From Acutalibacteraceae bacterium (GTDB taxonomy: Bacteria; Bacillota; Clostridia; Oscillospirales; Acutalibacteraceae), in assembly GCA_045630405.1 (NCBI GenBank), contig JAZQTC010000022.1:53673-117672 (forward strand): DNA of 64,000 nucleotides, given 5' to 3'. Below the pieces are notes generated by a model. The model worked only from the letters and a program-made list of their open reading frames with translations. It had not been told where the DNA came from and did no database searches. The position numbers and the translations under genes are program-made. Positions 1 to 9,713 of this stretch are shown piece by piece; position 1 is the first letter of the stretch; the number at the start of each line of letters is the position of its first letter.

Positions 1-251
1 TGACCCTTGGGGGTAAGTGAGAAAAGTGCATAGAAGCTTGCTACGCCGTAAACTTTCTGAAGGGGAACACCCATACCGTCTGCGATCATCTTCTGAACTT
101 CGATGGGCAGATAGCCGTAAATGTTCTGTGCCTCCTGCATAACGTGCATGAGCATGCTCTTGTCACCGGCGCACTCTGCAATAATTGCTTTGAGCTGTGC
201 CTCCTGCTCGGGGGTGCCGGTAAAAGGTAAGTTGCTAATCTTCTTCAGCAT
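1..251 (-). CDS. NuoE/HndA/HydC-like 2Fe-2S subunit of an NADH-dependent (electron-bifurcating) hydrogenase/dehydrogenase; partial, runs off window start
   Basis: Not in the ORF track. Manual translation MLKKISNLPFTGTPEQEAQLKAIIAECAGDKSMLMHVMQEAQNIYGYLPIEVQKMIADGMGVPLQKVYGVASFYALFSLTPKG matches the NuoE N-terminal pattern (Q..YGYLP, VYGVA.FY); AGGAGG RBS upstream. Confidence 0.85.
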   Translation of the reverse strand, partial: MLKKISNLPFTGTPEQEAQLKAIIAECAGDKSMLMHVMQEAQNIYGYLPIEVQKMIADGMGVPLQKVYGVASFYALFSLTPKG

Positions 252-514
252 TAAGCCATTCCTCCTGAGTGAAATATTTTTGATGTTTAATAAAACACAT
301 AATTATCGATGCAACTGCGGTTTGATAAGCCGCAGTCCTGCATTCTTTGCCATTATAACATATTATTATAAAAAATACTACTTTTTTATTAATATTTTTT
401 TGGTTTTGAGGAAATTTTTTTGCATTTTTATGCAGTAAGATCTTCAGAAGTAAAATTTGACAACTTATACCCGTCCGTGATATATTATTAAAAAAATCAG
501 AAACGGTAGAAAAT

Positions 515-1738
515 ATGAAGAATAAACGTAATTTTCCTTTTGTGACAGTCACAAAAAAGGCTGAAGCATCAATAAAAAGAGGTCATCCCTGGGTCTACGA
601 CGCAGAGATAACCCAATCCTTCGGTGAATTTGAAAACGGTTGCCTTGTTGACGTGCTTTCCGTCAAAGGCTCGTATCTCGGCACGGGATTTTTAAGCGAA
701 AAAAGCAAAATCAGAATAAGAATCCTTTCCTCAAATGCAAACGAAGCCTTCTCCCCTGCTTTCTGGGAAAGAAGACTCCGATATGCCGTGGACTACAGAA
801 AAACCGTTATGGGCAATGATTTTTCCTGCTGCCGCCTTATTTTTGGCGAGGCAGATGGCTTGCCGGGTCTGACAATCGACAGATTTTCAGACATTCTTGT
901 TGCTCAGGTTTTGTCCTACGGTATGGACAAAATCAAGGATATGATTTACACAACCCTTGTCAGGATTCTCCGCGAGGACGGCGAAGAAATCAGCGGCGTT
1001 TACGAGCGTAACGACGTTGCAATCCGCGAGCTTGAAGGACTTGAACAATACAAGGGCTGGTATGAATCAATCCCCCATCCCGACTCACCCGTAACCGAAA
1101 TATGCGAAAACGGAATAAAATATTTCGTTGACGTTGAAAACGGTCAGAAAACGGGATTTTTCCTTGATCAGAAATACAACCGACTTGCAATTTCAAAGAT
1201 TGCAAAGGGCAAAAAAGTTCTCGACTGTTTCACTCACACAGGCTCATTCGCACTCAATGCCGCAATGGGCGGTGCAGAGAGAGTAACCGCTGTTGACGTG
1301 TCCGAAACCGCAGTAAAAATGGCTCAGGCAAATGCAGAAAGAAACGGTCTTGACGGCAGAATGGACTTCCTTGCCGCTGACGTTTTTGACCTTCTCCCCC
1401 AGCTTGAAGCAAAGGGCGGTAAGCCTTATGATTTCATCATTCTTGACCCTCCCGCATTCACAAAAAGCCGCAAAACCGTCCGTAACGCGGAAAAGGGTTA
1501 CAAGGAAATCAACTACAGAGCAATGAAGCTTCTCCCCCGAGGCGGATACCTTGCAACCTGCTCTTGCTCACACTTTATGAAGAACGAACTTTTCGTAAAA
1601 ATGCTCCACGATGCGGCTGCTGATGCAGGTGTACAGCTCAAACAGATTGAAGCCCGTCAGCAGAGCTGCGACCATCCCGTTCTGTGGAACGTTCCCGAAA
1701 CGGATTATCTTAAATTCTATATTTTTCAGGTGGTATAA
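515..1738 (+). CDS. rlmI: RlmI/YwbD-family class I SAM-dependent 23S rRNA methyltransferase (PUA + MTase)
   Basis: GHPWVY, GQKTGFFLDQ, VLDCFTHTGSF, IILDPPAF motifs. Confidence 0.85.
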   Translation: MKNKRNFPFVTVTKKAEASIKRGHPWVYDAEITQSFGEFENGCLVDVLSVKGSYLGTGFLSEKSKIRIRILSSNANEAFSPAFWERRLRYAVDYRKTVMGNDFSCCRLIFGEADGLPGLTIDRFSDILVAQVLSYGMDKIKDMIYTTLVRILREDGEEISGVYERNDVAIRELEGLEQYKGWYESIPHPDSPVTEICENGIKYFVDVENGQKTGFFLDQKYNRLAISKIAKGKKVLDCFTHTGSFALNAAMGGAERVTAVDVSETAVKMAQANAERNGLDGRMDFLAADVFDLLPQLEAKGGKPYDFIILDPPAFTKSRKTVRNAEKGYKEINYRAMKLLPRGGYLATCSCSHFMKNELFVKMLHDAAADAGVQLKQIEARQQSCDHPVLWNVPETDYLKFYIFQVV

Positions 1739-1741
1739 AAT

Positions 1742-2632
1742 ATGTTTTATGCAAATTGGATGTCCTACATAAAAGATGAAGCAAAGCTCACAAACGTTGT
1801 AATGCCCGGCTCCCACAACTCCGCAACAATGGGTATGAACAAATTCGCAAGATGTCAGGACGGCTCTCTTTATGCTCAGGCAATGCACGGTGTGCGAATG
1901 TTTGACCTGAGATTCAAGGCAACAAAAAAAGGCGAGCTTATTGCCGCCCACGGTCTGATGAACGGTATGCCTGCAGAGCAGGTTTTTGAAAATCTGAAGC
2001 GTTTGCTGGACAGCACAAACGAATTTTTCGTTATCAGCATCCAGACCTATATGAATCAGGGTTTAGGCCCCATTACGCTGCATTACAACAGCAATAACGA
2101 AGAAACCGACAGACTCATCAGAGCATACCTCTCCCCCGAAAAGTATGCCCTCACCGACTACGGCAATATGGCGGAGCTCACAATGGGCGACATCCGCAAA
2201 GCGGGCAAAAAATACATCCTCATCAATCAGAAGGAGGAGTATGATTTCAGCGTAAACGCACCGTTTTCAGGCCCTTGGGATCCCGTTGTTTTCGGCTATA
2301 AGCCTGAAAAATTCATCAAGGAAATTCAGAAATATCTCTGCACCGACTTTGACGGAATCCATTGGCTTCAGACCCAGCAGACCCCCAATCTCAACACGGA
2401 AAACGGTTGGACAAAATGGCCCGACGAGCTTGACGAATCCGTCAGAGCGCTGTTCCCTCAGCTTATTGCAGACATTGCGGCAGACCCCGTAAAACTGGGC
2501 AGAGTCAATATTGTTGCAGGCGATTTTATGGCTCGCGACTACTTCAAAGCAAACCTTATTCTCCGCCTCAATCTGCTCAAAGGTAACGTAAAAGAGGAGC
2601 TTGTTGAGGAGTTCACAAACCACACAAAATAA
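1742..2632 (+). CDS. Phosphatidylinositol-specific phospholipase C X-domain protein, no signal peptide
   Basis: MPGSHNS, Q..HGVRMFDLR and AHG motifs of bacterial PI-PLC (both catalytic His positions present). Confidence 0.7.
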   Translation: MFYANWMSYIKDEAKLTNVVMPGSHNSATMGMNKFARCQDGSLYAQAMHGVRMFDLRFKATKKGELIAAHGLMNGMPAEQVFENLKRLLDSTNEFFVISIQTYMNQGLGPITLHYNSNNEETDRLIRAYLSPEKYALTDYGNMAELTMGDIRKAGKKYILINQKEEYDFSVNAPFSGPWDPVVFGYKPEKFIKEIQKYLCTDFDGIHWLQTQQTPNLNTENGWTKWPDELDESVRALFPQLIADIAADPVKLGRVNIVAGDFMARDYFKANLILRLNLLKGNVKEELVEEFTNHTK

Positions 2633-2646
2633 ATCAGAATTTCTGT

Positions 2647-2673
2647 AAGGACAGCCCTCACGGCTGTCCTTTT
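2647..2673 (+). terminator. Intrinsic terminator after rlmI/PI-PLC
   Basis: AAGGACAGCC-ctcac-GGCTGTCCTT followed by T residues. Confidence 0.75.
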
Positions 2674-2901
2674 CAGCATAGATGACGGCAATTTACGAAT
2701 CGCCCGAAAATCAACAACCTGCGCAAACTTTCCATTCACGCAAAACGGGTACAACACCCCTTTAAAATTCACAAAACGTCTTATATCCGTTAAAAATGAA
2801 TTCACACGGAATTAATATTTGGGGATTATCATATGAGTGTACCAAGCAGGAGCCGCAACCTGCAAGGTACTCAGCAATACCCCTCCTCAATTCAACCCCA
2901 A

Positions 2902-2936
2902 AAGCAGAAGACGGTGCCTCGGCACCGTCTTCTTGC
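2902..2936 (-). terminator. Intrinsic terminator after TIR gene
   Basis: AGAAGACGGTGCC-GGCACCGTCTTCT stem immediately after the stop; TTTT follows on the minus strand. Confidence 0.75.
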
Positions 2937-2940
2937 ATTT

Positions 2941-5613
2941 TTATGTTGTTTTTTTGGTTTGATCCTGAAACAAATTAGCCAGAAAGTGACAAATAAGTTC
3001 TGCGTTTTCCGCACATATAATCTCAGGCGCGGTGCTGTCTTTGTACGTTATGCTCAACTCATTGTCTCTCTTTTTCACCGAAGCAATTCTGTCGTACATA
3101 ACGCAATGGTGATCCTCGGATGTGATGCAATACATTCCTTTTTCCGTAATCCAGCAGCCTGTTTCTCCCTTGCCGTCAGAAGTATCGGAATAAGCAATCA
3201 TTTCGTCAAGCACCCAATCGGGCTCAACAACTGTTCTGAAAACGTTCTTTTTGGAAAGAGGAATATTCGATTTGAATCGGAACATTTTAACGTTGCCGGG
3301 AATGTACATATCTTTATACACCTGCATATTGGCTTTTTTCAGAGCAACTGCAACCTTTGACAAATTCGGATCAACGTTTTCAGCACTATCCCATTTGCTT
3401 CTTTCTTCACACACAATCGCAACAAACGCCATCACGTTAAATTCAGGGGACGTCTCTATGCCTGTAAGCATACCGTCGATTGAAACAACGCTGATATGGC
3501 TGTTCTTTGTCTCTCTGATTCCCCGAATGTTGTCAAACATAAAAGCGCCCGACTCATCTTTATCGCTGTCTTCCCAATAAATCGCATTCTTTGTGAACAA
3601 GTAGCTCTGAGAAGATTTGCCTTTAAAAGATCCCACAATGTTTTTGGGATCTATCACGTAATCTTCAACTATGATTTTCGGCACCGTATCTTTATTGAAT
3701 GAATCGTCATCCGTTGTTGATATTTTTTCATCGACTTCATTGTATCGGGCAATGGCGTTTTCTACGTAAGGAATATCAGGCAAAGGTATTCTCTTCTGTT
3801 CCGCCTGCTCATCAAGACCGTATTCATACGACAGAGGAGGGCGTTTGCACATAAGCCTTTTCTTCCTGAGTATGTAAATGAACATTGCGTAAATCATATC
3901 CGAATACGAAGAATAATTTTTTGTTTCTGTTTTGCCGCCTTCAAGCTTGATTGTTATTTCACCGCTATCCGTGTTTCGGGTCACAGAACGAATTTCATCC
4001 AGATCTATGGGCACACCGCCTGCAAAGGTATCGTAGAGCTTTCCTCTCGCTATAAGAAGACCCTCTTTGCCCGTTTTATTCTTGGTTGTATCAAGAAGAG
4101 CATCAACTCTCCACTGATAAAACGGGTCTTTAATTTTTGTTTTTGTGAAATGCTCCAAAGCATTCAGCCTTTGTTTTTCGGTGAGGTTAGCCGCAAAATG
4201 AAAAACGTCATCTCTCTTGAAGTGTTTACCTGAGTGTTTCTTGTTTGCATGGCAGATTGCCTTTTTAATCAGGCACTCGGGTCTGTCTGACAAATCCTTT
4301 TCAGGCTTTTTGAAACCTCTGTGCTTCAGAAGAATTTCGGCAAATCTGTAAAAATCAAACAAACCATTGTTTTTGATTCCCAACACTTCTCCGTAATACA
4401 TATAGAACACCGTGCATACGCCTGATTTCCTGACGTCAATCACGTCACCCAAATTTACGTAACACTCATCTCCCATATATCGCCACAACAAACTTTCTCC
4501 GCAGAAAAGAGCCCCCTCTTTTCCCGAAGACAGAACCGTCATATCCATCAGGCCGACAAAATTATCCGTTTTTTCCGTTCCACACGCAATATACTTCAGA
4601 GCATTTTCAACTTGTTTGGGTTTCAACTGTTTCTCATAGCAGATACGGTGTTTTGCCGTTGTGTTATATTCATCTATGACTTTGCGGATATCAAATTCGC
4701 CGAGAAGCCTTCTTCTGGCTTTTTCTTTTTCTTCGGCTTCTTTGATTTCCTCTGATTTTGACGCAATCCTTTCATCAAAATACTTTGATGTTTGCGGACC
4801 CGTATATTTTTTCTGCGATTTATCCGCACTCTTTTTTACGGACGTTCCTTCCGTGGTTTTTGACGCTGCGGATGTTTGTTGAGTTGCATCGGCAACTGAT
4901 GATTTGTTCTGTGTTTTAACAGTATTCCCACTGTTTTTTGCGTATGTATCAGCTGATAACTCTGCGGGCTTTTTCTCGCTTTCTTCTATGTTGTTGCCGT
5001 CCTTGACCGTCAGCGGTTCGACTTGCTGTTTTCTGATGTCATTACCGCTGTTTACGCCTTTTGCATCAACCGACTCACCCGATTTTTTGAATTCGCCTAT
5101 AAGTTTGTTGAAGTTATCTTCGTTTGACTCCTTATCCGAAACTTCTTTTGTCTCAGACTTGTTTTCGGCAATGTCAGCCACCTGCGGTTTCTTCTCCGAC
5201 TTGCATGGTTGCAAAATCCTGAGTCCTGCCAAGGTGTCGCAAAGCGACTCATTGTCTTTGAAATTTGACAACCTGATATTCTGCAAATCGCCCAGCAGGA
5301 ATCTTATGTCTATTGAAGGTTCAAAATCCTCAACGTACACAACCAATATATCTTTCTGGCACTCAACCGAAAAATTTATTTCCTTGCAGCAATACTGGGA
5401 TTCCTGAGCGTTTCTGCTGAGCATCACAACAACCACCTGGCTGTTTTTGATTTTTTCAGCAAGATATCGCGTCCACTTTGATCCCACTTCTATTCCGCTG
5501 TCATACCAAACGTTGAAGTTCCTTTTCTGCAGCGCCTCGATTATGGGGTAAACAACATCGGAATCCTTATGAGAATAACTGACAAAGATAAAATTTTCTC
5601 CTGTATCTTGCAT
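2941..5613 (-). CDS. TIR-domain protein (N-terminal TIR, low-complexity linker, four repeated PH-like domains)
   Basis: FVSYSHKD...WYD..IEVG..W...SQYCCKEI TIR motifs at aa 8-95; K/E/S/T-rich aa ~140-300; repeats with D.T...GKEG.L motif. Confidence 0.8.
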   Translation of the reverse strand: MQDTGENFIFVSYSHKDSDVVYPIIEALQKRNFNVWYDSGIEVGSKWTRYLAEKIKNSQVVVVMLSRNAQESQYCCKEINFSVECQKDILVVYVEDFEPSIDIRFLLGDLQNIRLSNFKDNESLCDTLAGLRILQPCKSEKKPQVADIAENKSETKEVSDKESNEDNFNKLIGEFKKSGESVDAKGVNSGNDIRKQQVEPLTVKDGNNIEESEKKPAELSADTYAKNSGNTVKTQNKSSVADATQQTSAASKTTEGTSVKKSADKSQKKYTGPQTSKYFDERIASKSEEIKEAEEKEKARRRLLGEFDIRKVIDEYNTTAKHRICYEKQLKPKQVENALKYIACGTEKTDNFVGLMDMTVLSSGKEGALFCGESLLWRYMGDECYVNLGDVIDVRKSGVCTVFYMYYGEVLGIKNNGLFDFYRFAEILLKHRGFKKPEKDLSDRPECLIKKAICHANKKHSGKHFKRDDVFHFAANLTEKQRLNALEHFTKTKIKDPFYQWRVDALLDTTKNKTGKEGLLIARGKLYDTFAGGVPIDLDEIRSVTRNTDSGEITIKLEGGKTETKNYSSYSDMIYAMFIYILRKKRLMCKRPPLSYEYGLDEQAEQKRIPLPDIPYVENAIARYNEVDEKISTTDDDSFNKDTVPKIIVEDYVIDPKNIVGSFKGKSSQSYLFTKNAIYWEDSDKDESGAFMFDNIRGIRETKNSHISVVSIDGMLTGIETSPEFNVMAFVAIVCEERSKWDSAENVDPNLSKVAVALKKANMQVYKDMYIPGNVKMFRFKSNIPLSKKNVFRTVVEPDWVLDEMIAYSDTSDGKGETGCWITEKGMYCITSEDHHCVMYDRIASVKKRDNELSITYKDSTAPEIICAENAELICHFLANLFQDQTKKTT

Positions 5614-5636
5614 TTCCCCGCTCTCCTATTCTGAAT

Positions 5637-6638
5637 TTATCTGAAATCAACGTACTGTGCCGTGTAGTAGAGCATAATCAGAAAGCCGATTATCATAGGC
5701 ACAGTCTTCACGAAAGTTATCATCTTCGTTTTCTCGCTCATCACGGTAAACGAGGGCACCAGCCTGCGCTTTCCGCGGAGAATCACAAACCGCACGCTGC
5801 CTGCAATTGAAACAACCGTCAGCACCGCCATAGATGCGTAATAGACAATATTCAGCGTTTTTTCGTCTGCAATATCCGCAATCATAAACTCTGTCATAAC
5901 CGCGTAAAAATTGTTGCAGAAATGAATCAGAATGCCTGTCCACACGCTGTTTGTGATGCAAACTGCATAGCCGATTCCGATGCCTGCAATCAGGGCAAAA
6001 GGAGCCTGAACGAGGTTTCCGTGAAGCACGGCAAAAACAATTGCCGATGCAAGAATTGCGAATTTGTCGCCGTATCTTCTCAGAGGCTGGAGCACAGCAC
6101 ATCTGATTGCAAATTCTTCAACCAACGCAGGCACAGCCGCAACCGCAAGCACGTACAGCACTCTGCCTGCAAAATCCTCGGGCACCGAATATTCGGGCGA
6201 AGTGAGCGAAACTCCTGCAAAATCCGCAAGGTTAACAAATACACTTGTGACGTAATTTCCTGCGAGGCAAACAAAAAATCCGAGCGCCGTTGCGCTGACC
6301 ATCAGCTTTGTGCTGACAGGCTTGTCAAATCGGAAAACGTCTGTGCCCGTCTTTTTTTCAAGAAGAAATCCTGCGATACCAAAGGGAATAACCAAGCTCA
6401 GAACAGAGTAAAATATTGTTACAACGCTCTGCACCGACGGGTCTGTTTCATAAAGATTTGCCAGCGGTGTGAGGAAAATCAGCACGGAAACAATATTCTG
6501 CATCAGCACGTAGCCGATAACGCTCAATCCTGCCGCCTTGCTCAACAATTTTATATTCTTTTTCTCGTTTTCTTCGCGGATATAACTGTCGTATCCGCCG
6601 TTTTCGTAATTATACAAATTTATCACCGTATTTTGCAT
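5637..6638 (-). CDS. CPBP (Abi/CAAX) family intramembrane metalloprotease
   Basis: Multi-TM; EEFAIR, FAVLH, HFCNN motifs. Confidence 0.85.
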   Translation of the reverse strand: MQNTVINLYNYENGGYDSYIREENEKKNIKLLSKAAGLSVIGYVLMQNIVSVLIFLTPLANLYETDPSVQSVVTIFYSVLSLVIPFGIAGFLLEKKTGTDVFRFDKPVSTKLMVSATALGFFVCLAGNYVTSVFVNLADFAGVSLTSPEYSVPEDFAGRVLYVLAVAAVPALVEEFAIRCAVLQPLRRYGDKFAILASAIVFAVLHGNLVQAPFALIAGIGIGYAVCITNSVWTGILIHFCNNFYAVMTEFMIADIADEKTLNIVYYASMAVLTVVSIAGSVRFVILRGKRRLVPSFTVMSEKTKMITFVKTVPMIIGFLIMLYYTAQYVDFR

Positions 6639-6719
6639 TTTATTTTCAACTTTTTATTATTATACCGCAAATTTTTACAGGATACAAGGCTGAAAATCAA
6701 ACAAACTGTCAAAAAAATG

Positions 6720-6748
6720 TTGTAATAAATGTAATTATGGTGTAAAAT
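6720..6748 (+). promoter_or_regulatory. Sigma-A-type promoter for glgP operon
   Basis: TTGTAA-17 bp-TAAAAT with TG before the -10. Confidence 0.55.
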
Positions 6749-6788
6749 AAAAAATTATATATAGACATATATATAGGAGGATAATCAA

Positions 6789-9197
6789 ATGTCAATCAGC
6801 AAAGCACAGCTTGAAGAAATGATTTCTTCAAAGCTTTCCCATTTTTTCGGCGTTTCTCCCAAAGATGCCACCAACGAGCAGTTTTACCGCGCTCTCTCAA
6901 TGATTGCGAGAGATATGGTCAGGGATTCACGCAGAGAATTTGATAAAACCGCAAAAGAAAAGGGTCAGAAAAAGGTTTACTACCTTTGCATGGAATTCCT
7001 TATGGGCCGTGCCCTCAAAAACACCCTTTACAATCTTAATCTTACCGAAACTGCAAAGGAAGCTCTTGCAGAATTCGGCATCAAGCTTGAAAAACTCTAT
7101 GACTGCGAGCCTGATGCAGGTCTCGGCAACGGCGGTCTGGGCAGACTTGCCGCCTGCTACCTCGATGCTCTTGCAAATCAGGGCTACAGCGGTATGGGTT
7201 ACTCAATTCTTTATGAGTACGGCATTTTCAAGCAGAAAATCATTGACGGCTGGCAGACCGAAATGCCTGATTTCTGGCTTCCCGGCGGCGAAGTATGGCT
7301 TGTGCCCAGAGAAGACAAAACCGTAGAGGTCAAGTTTGAAGGCAACGTTGTTGACAGCTGGGAAGGTCCCTTCCATCAGGTCGAACTCGTAGACTGCAAA
7401 ACAGTCAAGGCTGTGCCCTACGATATGATGGTTGCAGGCAAAGACGGCAAGGGTGCCGCCGTGCTCCGACTCTGGAGCGCAAAGGTTGACGGCATTGATA
7501 TGGCAATGTTCAATCAGGGTAACTATATCCGCGCTATGGAAGAAAAGGCTATGGCAGAGGTTATCAGCAAGGTGCTTTATCCTGCGGACAATCATCAGGA
7601 AGGCAAGAGTCTCCGTCTGCGTCAGCAGTATTTCCTTGTTTCCGCTTCAATTCAGGATATCGTTGCCCGTCATCTGAGAGATTACGGCTCACTTGAAAAT
7701 TTTGCGGAAAAGAACGCAATCCACATCAACGACACCCATCCCACAATGGCTATTCCCGAGCTTATGAGAATTATGCTTGACGAATGCGGCTACGGTTGGG
7801 ACGATGCATACAGAATCGTTGAGGAATGCTGTGCATATACCAACCACACCGTTATGGCAGAAGCACTTGAATGCTGGGGTGAAGACCTCTTCAAGCGTCT
7901 GCTTCCCAGAATTTATCAGATTGTCAAGGAAATCGACAACCGCTACAGAAAGAAAATCTGGGATATCACAGGTGACGCAGGCAAGGTTGAAAGACTTGCC
8001 GTTATTTCAGGCGGAGCTGTGAAGATGGCTAACCTCTGCGTTGCCGTATGCCACAAGGTAAACGGTGTTTCTGCTCTCCACAGTCAGATTCTCAAGGACA
8101 CAATCTTCAGCGAATCATATGCTCTTGAGCCCGATAAATTCACAAACGTCACCAACGGTATTGCTCACCGCCGCTGGCTTTGTCAGGCTAACCCCCGACT
8201 CACTTCAATGCTTACCGGCCTTATCGGTGACGGCTTTGTTTACGACGCAAGTCAGCTGGAAAAGCTGAAAGCATATTCAACCGATGCAGGCGTGCTTGCA
8301 GACCTGCGCAAAATCAAGACCGCAAACAAGGAAGATTTTGCAAAGCTTGTTATGAAGAAAACAGGCATCGCTCTTGACCCCTCATCAATTTTTGACGTTC
8401 AGGTCAAGCGTCTGCACGAATACAAGCGCCAGAATCTCAATGCCCTCAACATCCTTGCAAAGTATCTTGAAATAAAGGCAAATCCCAACGGTAACTACAC
8501 TCCTCACACCTATATCTTCGGTGCAAAGGCTGCTCCCGGTTACTATATGGCAAAGAAAATCATTGAATTCATCTGCACTCTTGCCAACGTCATCAACAAT
8601 GACCCCGACGTAAAAGACCTTCTCAAGGTTGTATATATGGAGGACTACAACGTTACGATGGCTGAAGCACTTATGCCTGCGGCTGATATCAGCGAGCAGA
8701 TTTCTCTTGCAGGCACAGAGGCAAGCGGCACAGGCAATATGAAGCTTATGATTAACGGCGCAATCACTCTTGGCACAATGGACGGTGCAAACGTTGAAAT
8801 TTACGACGCTGTAGGTGCAGATAACATCCTTATCTTCGGTATGAGCACACCCGAAGTCAACGAGCTCAAAAAGGCAGGCTACCACCCTGTTAACTACTAC
8901 AACAACAGCGAAGAAATCAATGCTGTAATCAATTTTATCAACAAGGGCTTCGGCGGCAAGACCTTTGGCGAAATAGGCGGCACAATCACTCATCACGACC
9001 CCTATATGGTGCTTGCTGACTTTGCGGATTACAGAAACATTCAGAAGCTTGCGGAAGAAATCTGGCACGACACAGCCAGATGGGATACAATGTCACTTAT
9101 GAACATTGCAGGCGCAGGTATATTTGCAGCTGACCGTTCAATCAACGACTATGCAAGAGATATCTGGCACGTTGAAAAAATTGATTTAAGAAAATAA
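6789..9197 (+). CDS. glgP: Glycogen/maltodextrin phosphorylase
   Basis: GLGNGGLGRLAAC, INDTHP, QVKRLHEYKRQ, EASGTGNMK (PLP lysine) motifs. Confidence 0.97.
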   Translation: MSISKAQLEEMISSKLSHFFGVSPKDATNEQFYRALSMIARDMVRDSRREFDKTAKEKGQKKVYYLCMEFLMGRALKNTLYNLNLTETAKEALAEFGIKLEKLYDCEPDAGLGNGGLGRLAACYLDALANQGYSGMGYSILYEYGIFKQKIIDGWQTEMPDFWLPGGEVWLVPREDKTVEVKFEGNVVDSWEGPFHQVELVDCKTVKAVPYDMMVAGKDGKGAAVLRLWSAKVDGIDMAMFNQGNYIRAMEEKAMAEVISKVLYPADNHQEGKSLRLRQQYFLVSASIQDIVARHLRDYGSLENFAEKNAIHINDTHPTMAIPELMRIMLDECGYGWDDAYRIVEECCAYTNHTVMAEALECWGEDLFKRLLPRIYQIVKEIDNRYRKKIWDITGDAGKVERLAVISGGAVKMANLCVAVCHKVNGVSALHSQILKDTIFSESYALEPDKFTNVTNGIAHRRWLCQANPRLTSMLTGLIGDGFVYDASQLEKLKAYSTDAGVLADLRKIKTANKEDFAKLVMKKTGIALDPSSIFDVQVKRLHEYKRQNLNALNILAKYLEIKANPNGNYTPHTYIFGAKAAPGYYMAKKIIEFICTLANVINNDPDVKDLLKVVYMEDYNVTMAEALMPAADISEQISLAGTEASGTGNMKLMINGAITLGTMDGANVEIYDAVGADNILIFGMSTPEVNELKKAGYHPVNYYNNSEEINAVINFINKGFGGKTFGEIGGTITHHDPYMVLADFADYRNIQKLAEEIWHDTARWDTMSLMNIAGAGIFAADRSINDYARDIWHVEKIDLRK

Positions 9198-9204
9198 ATT
9201 TATC

Positions 9205-9234
9205 ATAAGGGCAACCCTTGGGTTGTCCTTATTT
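9205..9234 (+). terminator. Hairpin/terminator after glgP
   Basis: ATAAGGGCAACC-cttg-GGTTGTCCTTAT then TT. Confidence 0.6.
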
Positions 9235-9245
9235 GTGGTGATAAT

Positions 9246-9713
9246 ATGACCGATACGGATTTTATGCTTCTTGCAATTGAACAGGCAAAACTTGCGGCTA
9301 ACGAGCTTGAGGTGCCCGTCGGTGCGGTAATCGTGCGTAATGGCGAGGTTGTTTCCGTTGGCAGAAATCGCAGGGAAAAGGGTAAAAACGCCCTTGCTCA
9401 CGCAGAAATCGAGGCAATCGATCTTGCCTGCAAAAAGCTTGGCGGCTGGCGGCTGTGGGAATGTGAAATGTACGTTACCCTTGAGCCTTGTCCGATGTGT
9501 ACGGGTGCGATTATCAACTCCCGTCTGCGCCGCGTAGTTTACGGTGCATCAGATTACAAAGCAGGCTCCTGCGGCTCGGTGGTCAATCTTTTCGACTTAC
9601 CCTATAACCACAAACCCGAACTTATAAGCGGATTTATGGCAGATGAATGTTCTGCGTTACTTACGGATTTTTTTGCCCGACTGAGGAAAAAGAAAAATGA
9701 AGAAAAAAATTAG
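9246..9713 (+). CDS. tadA: tRNA adenosine(34) deaminase
   Basis: EVPVGAVIV, HAEI, TLEPCPMC motifs. Confidence 0.93.
   Translation: MTDTDFMLLAIEQAKLAANELEVPVGAVIVRNGEVVSVGRNRREKGKNALAHAEIEAIDLACKKLGGWRLWECEMYVTLEPCPMCTGAIINSRLRRVVYGASDYKAGSCGSVVNLFDLPYNHKPELISGFMADECSALLTDFFARLRKKKNEEKN

Noticed and set aside
270-330. TGTT-N6-AACA palindrome upstream of the hydrogenase-like gene as a Rex site
   Set aside because: Spacing is 2 bp shorter than the clostridial Rex consensus (TTGTTAA-N4-TTAACAA).
235-552. 105-aa minus-strand ORF (and plus-strand 121-438)
   Set aside because: These span an AT-rich divergent promoter region; the real gene is the NuoE-like frame starting at 251.
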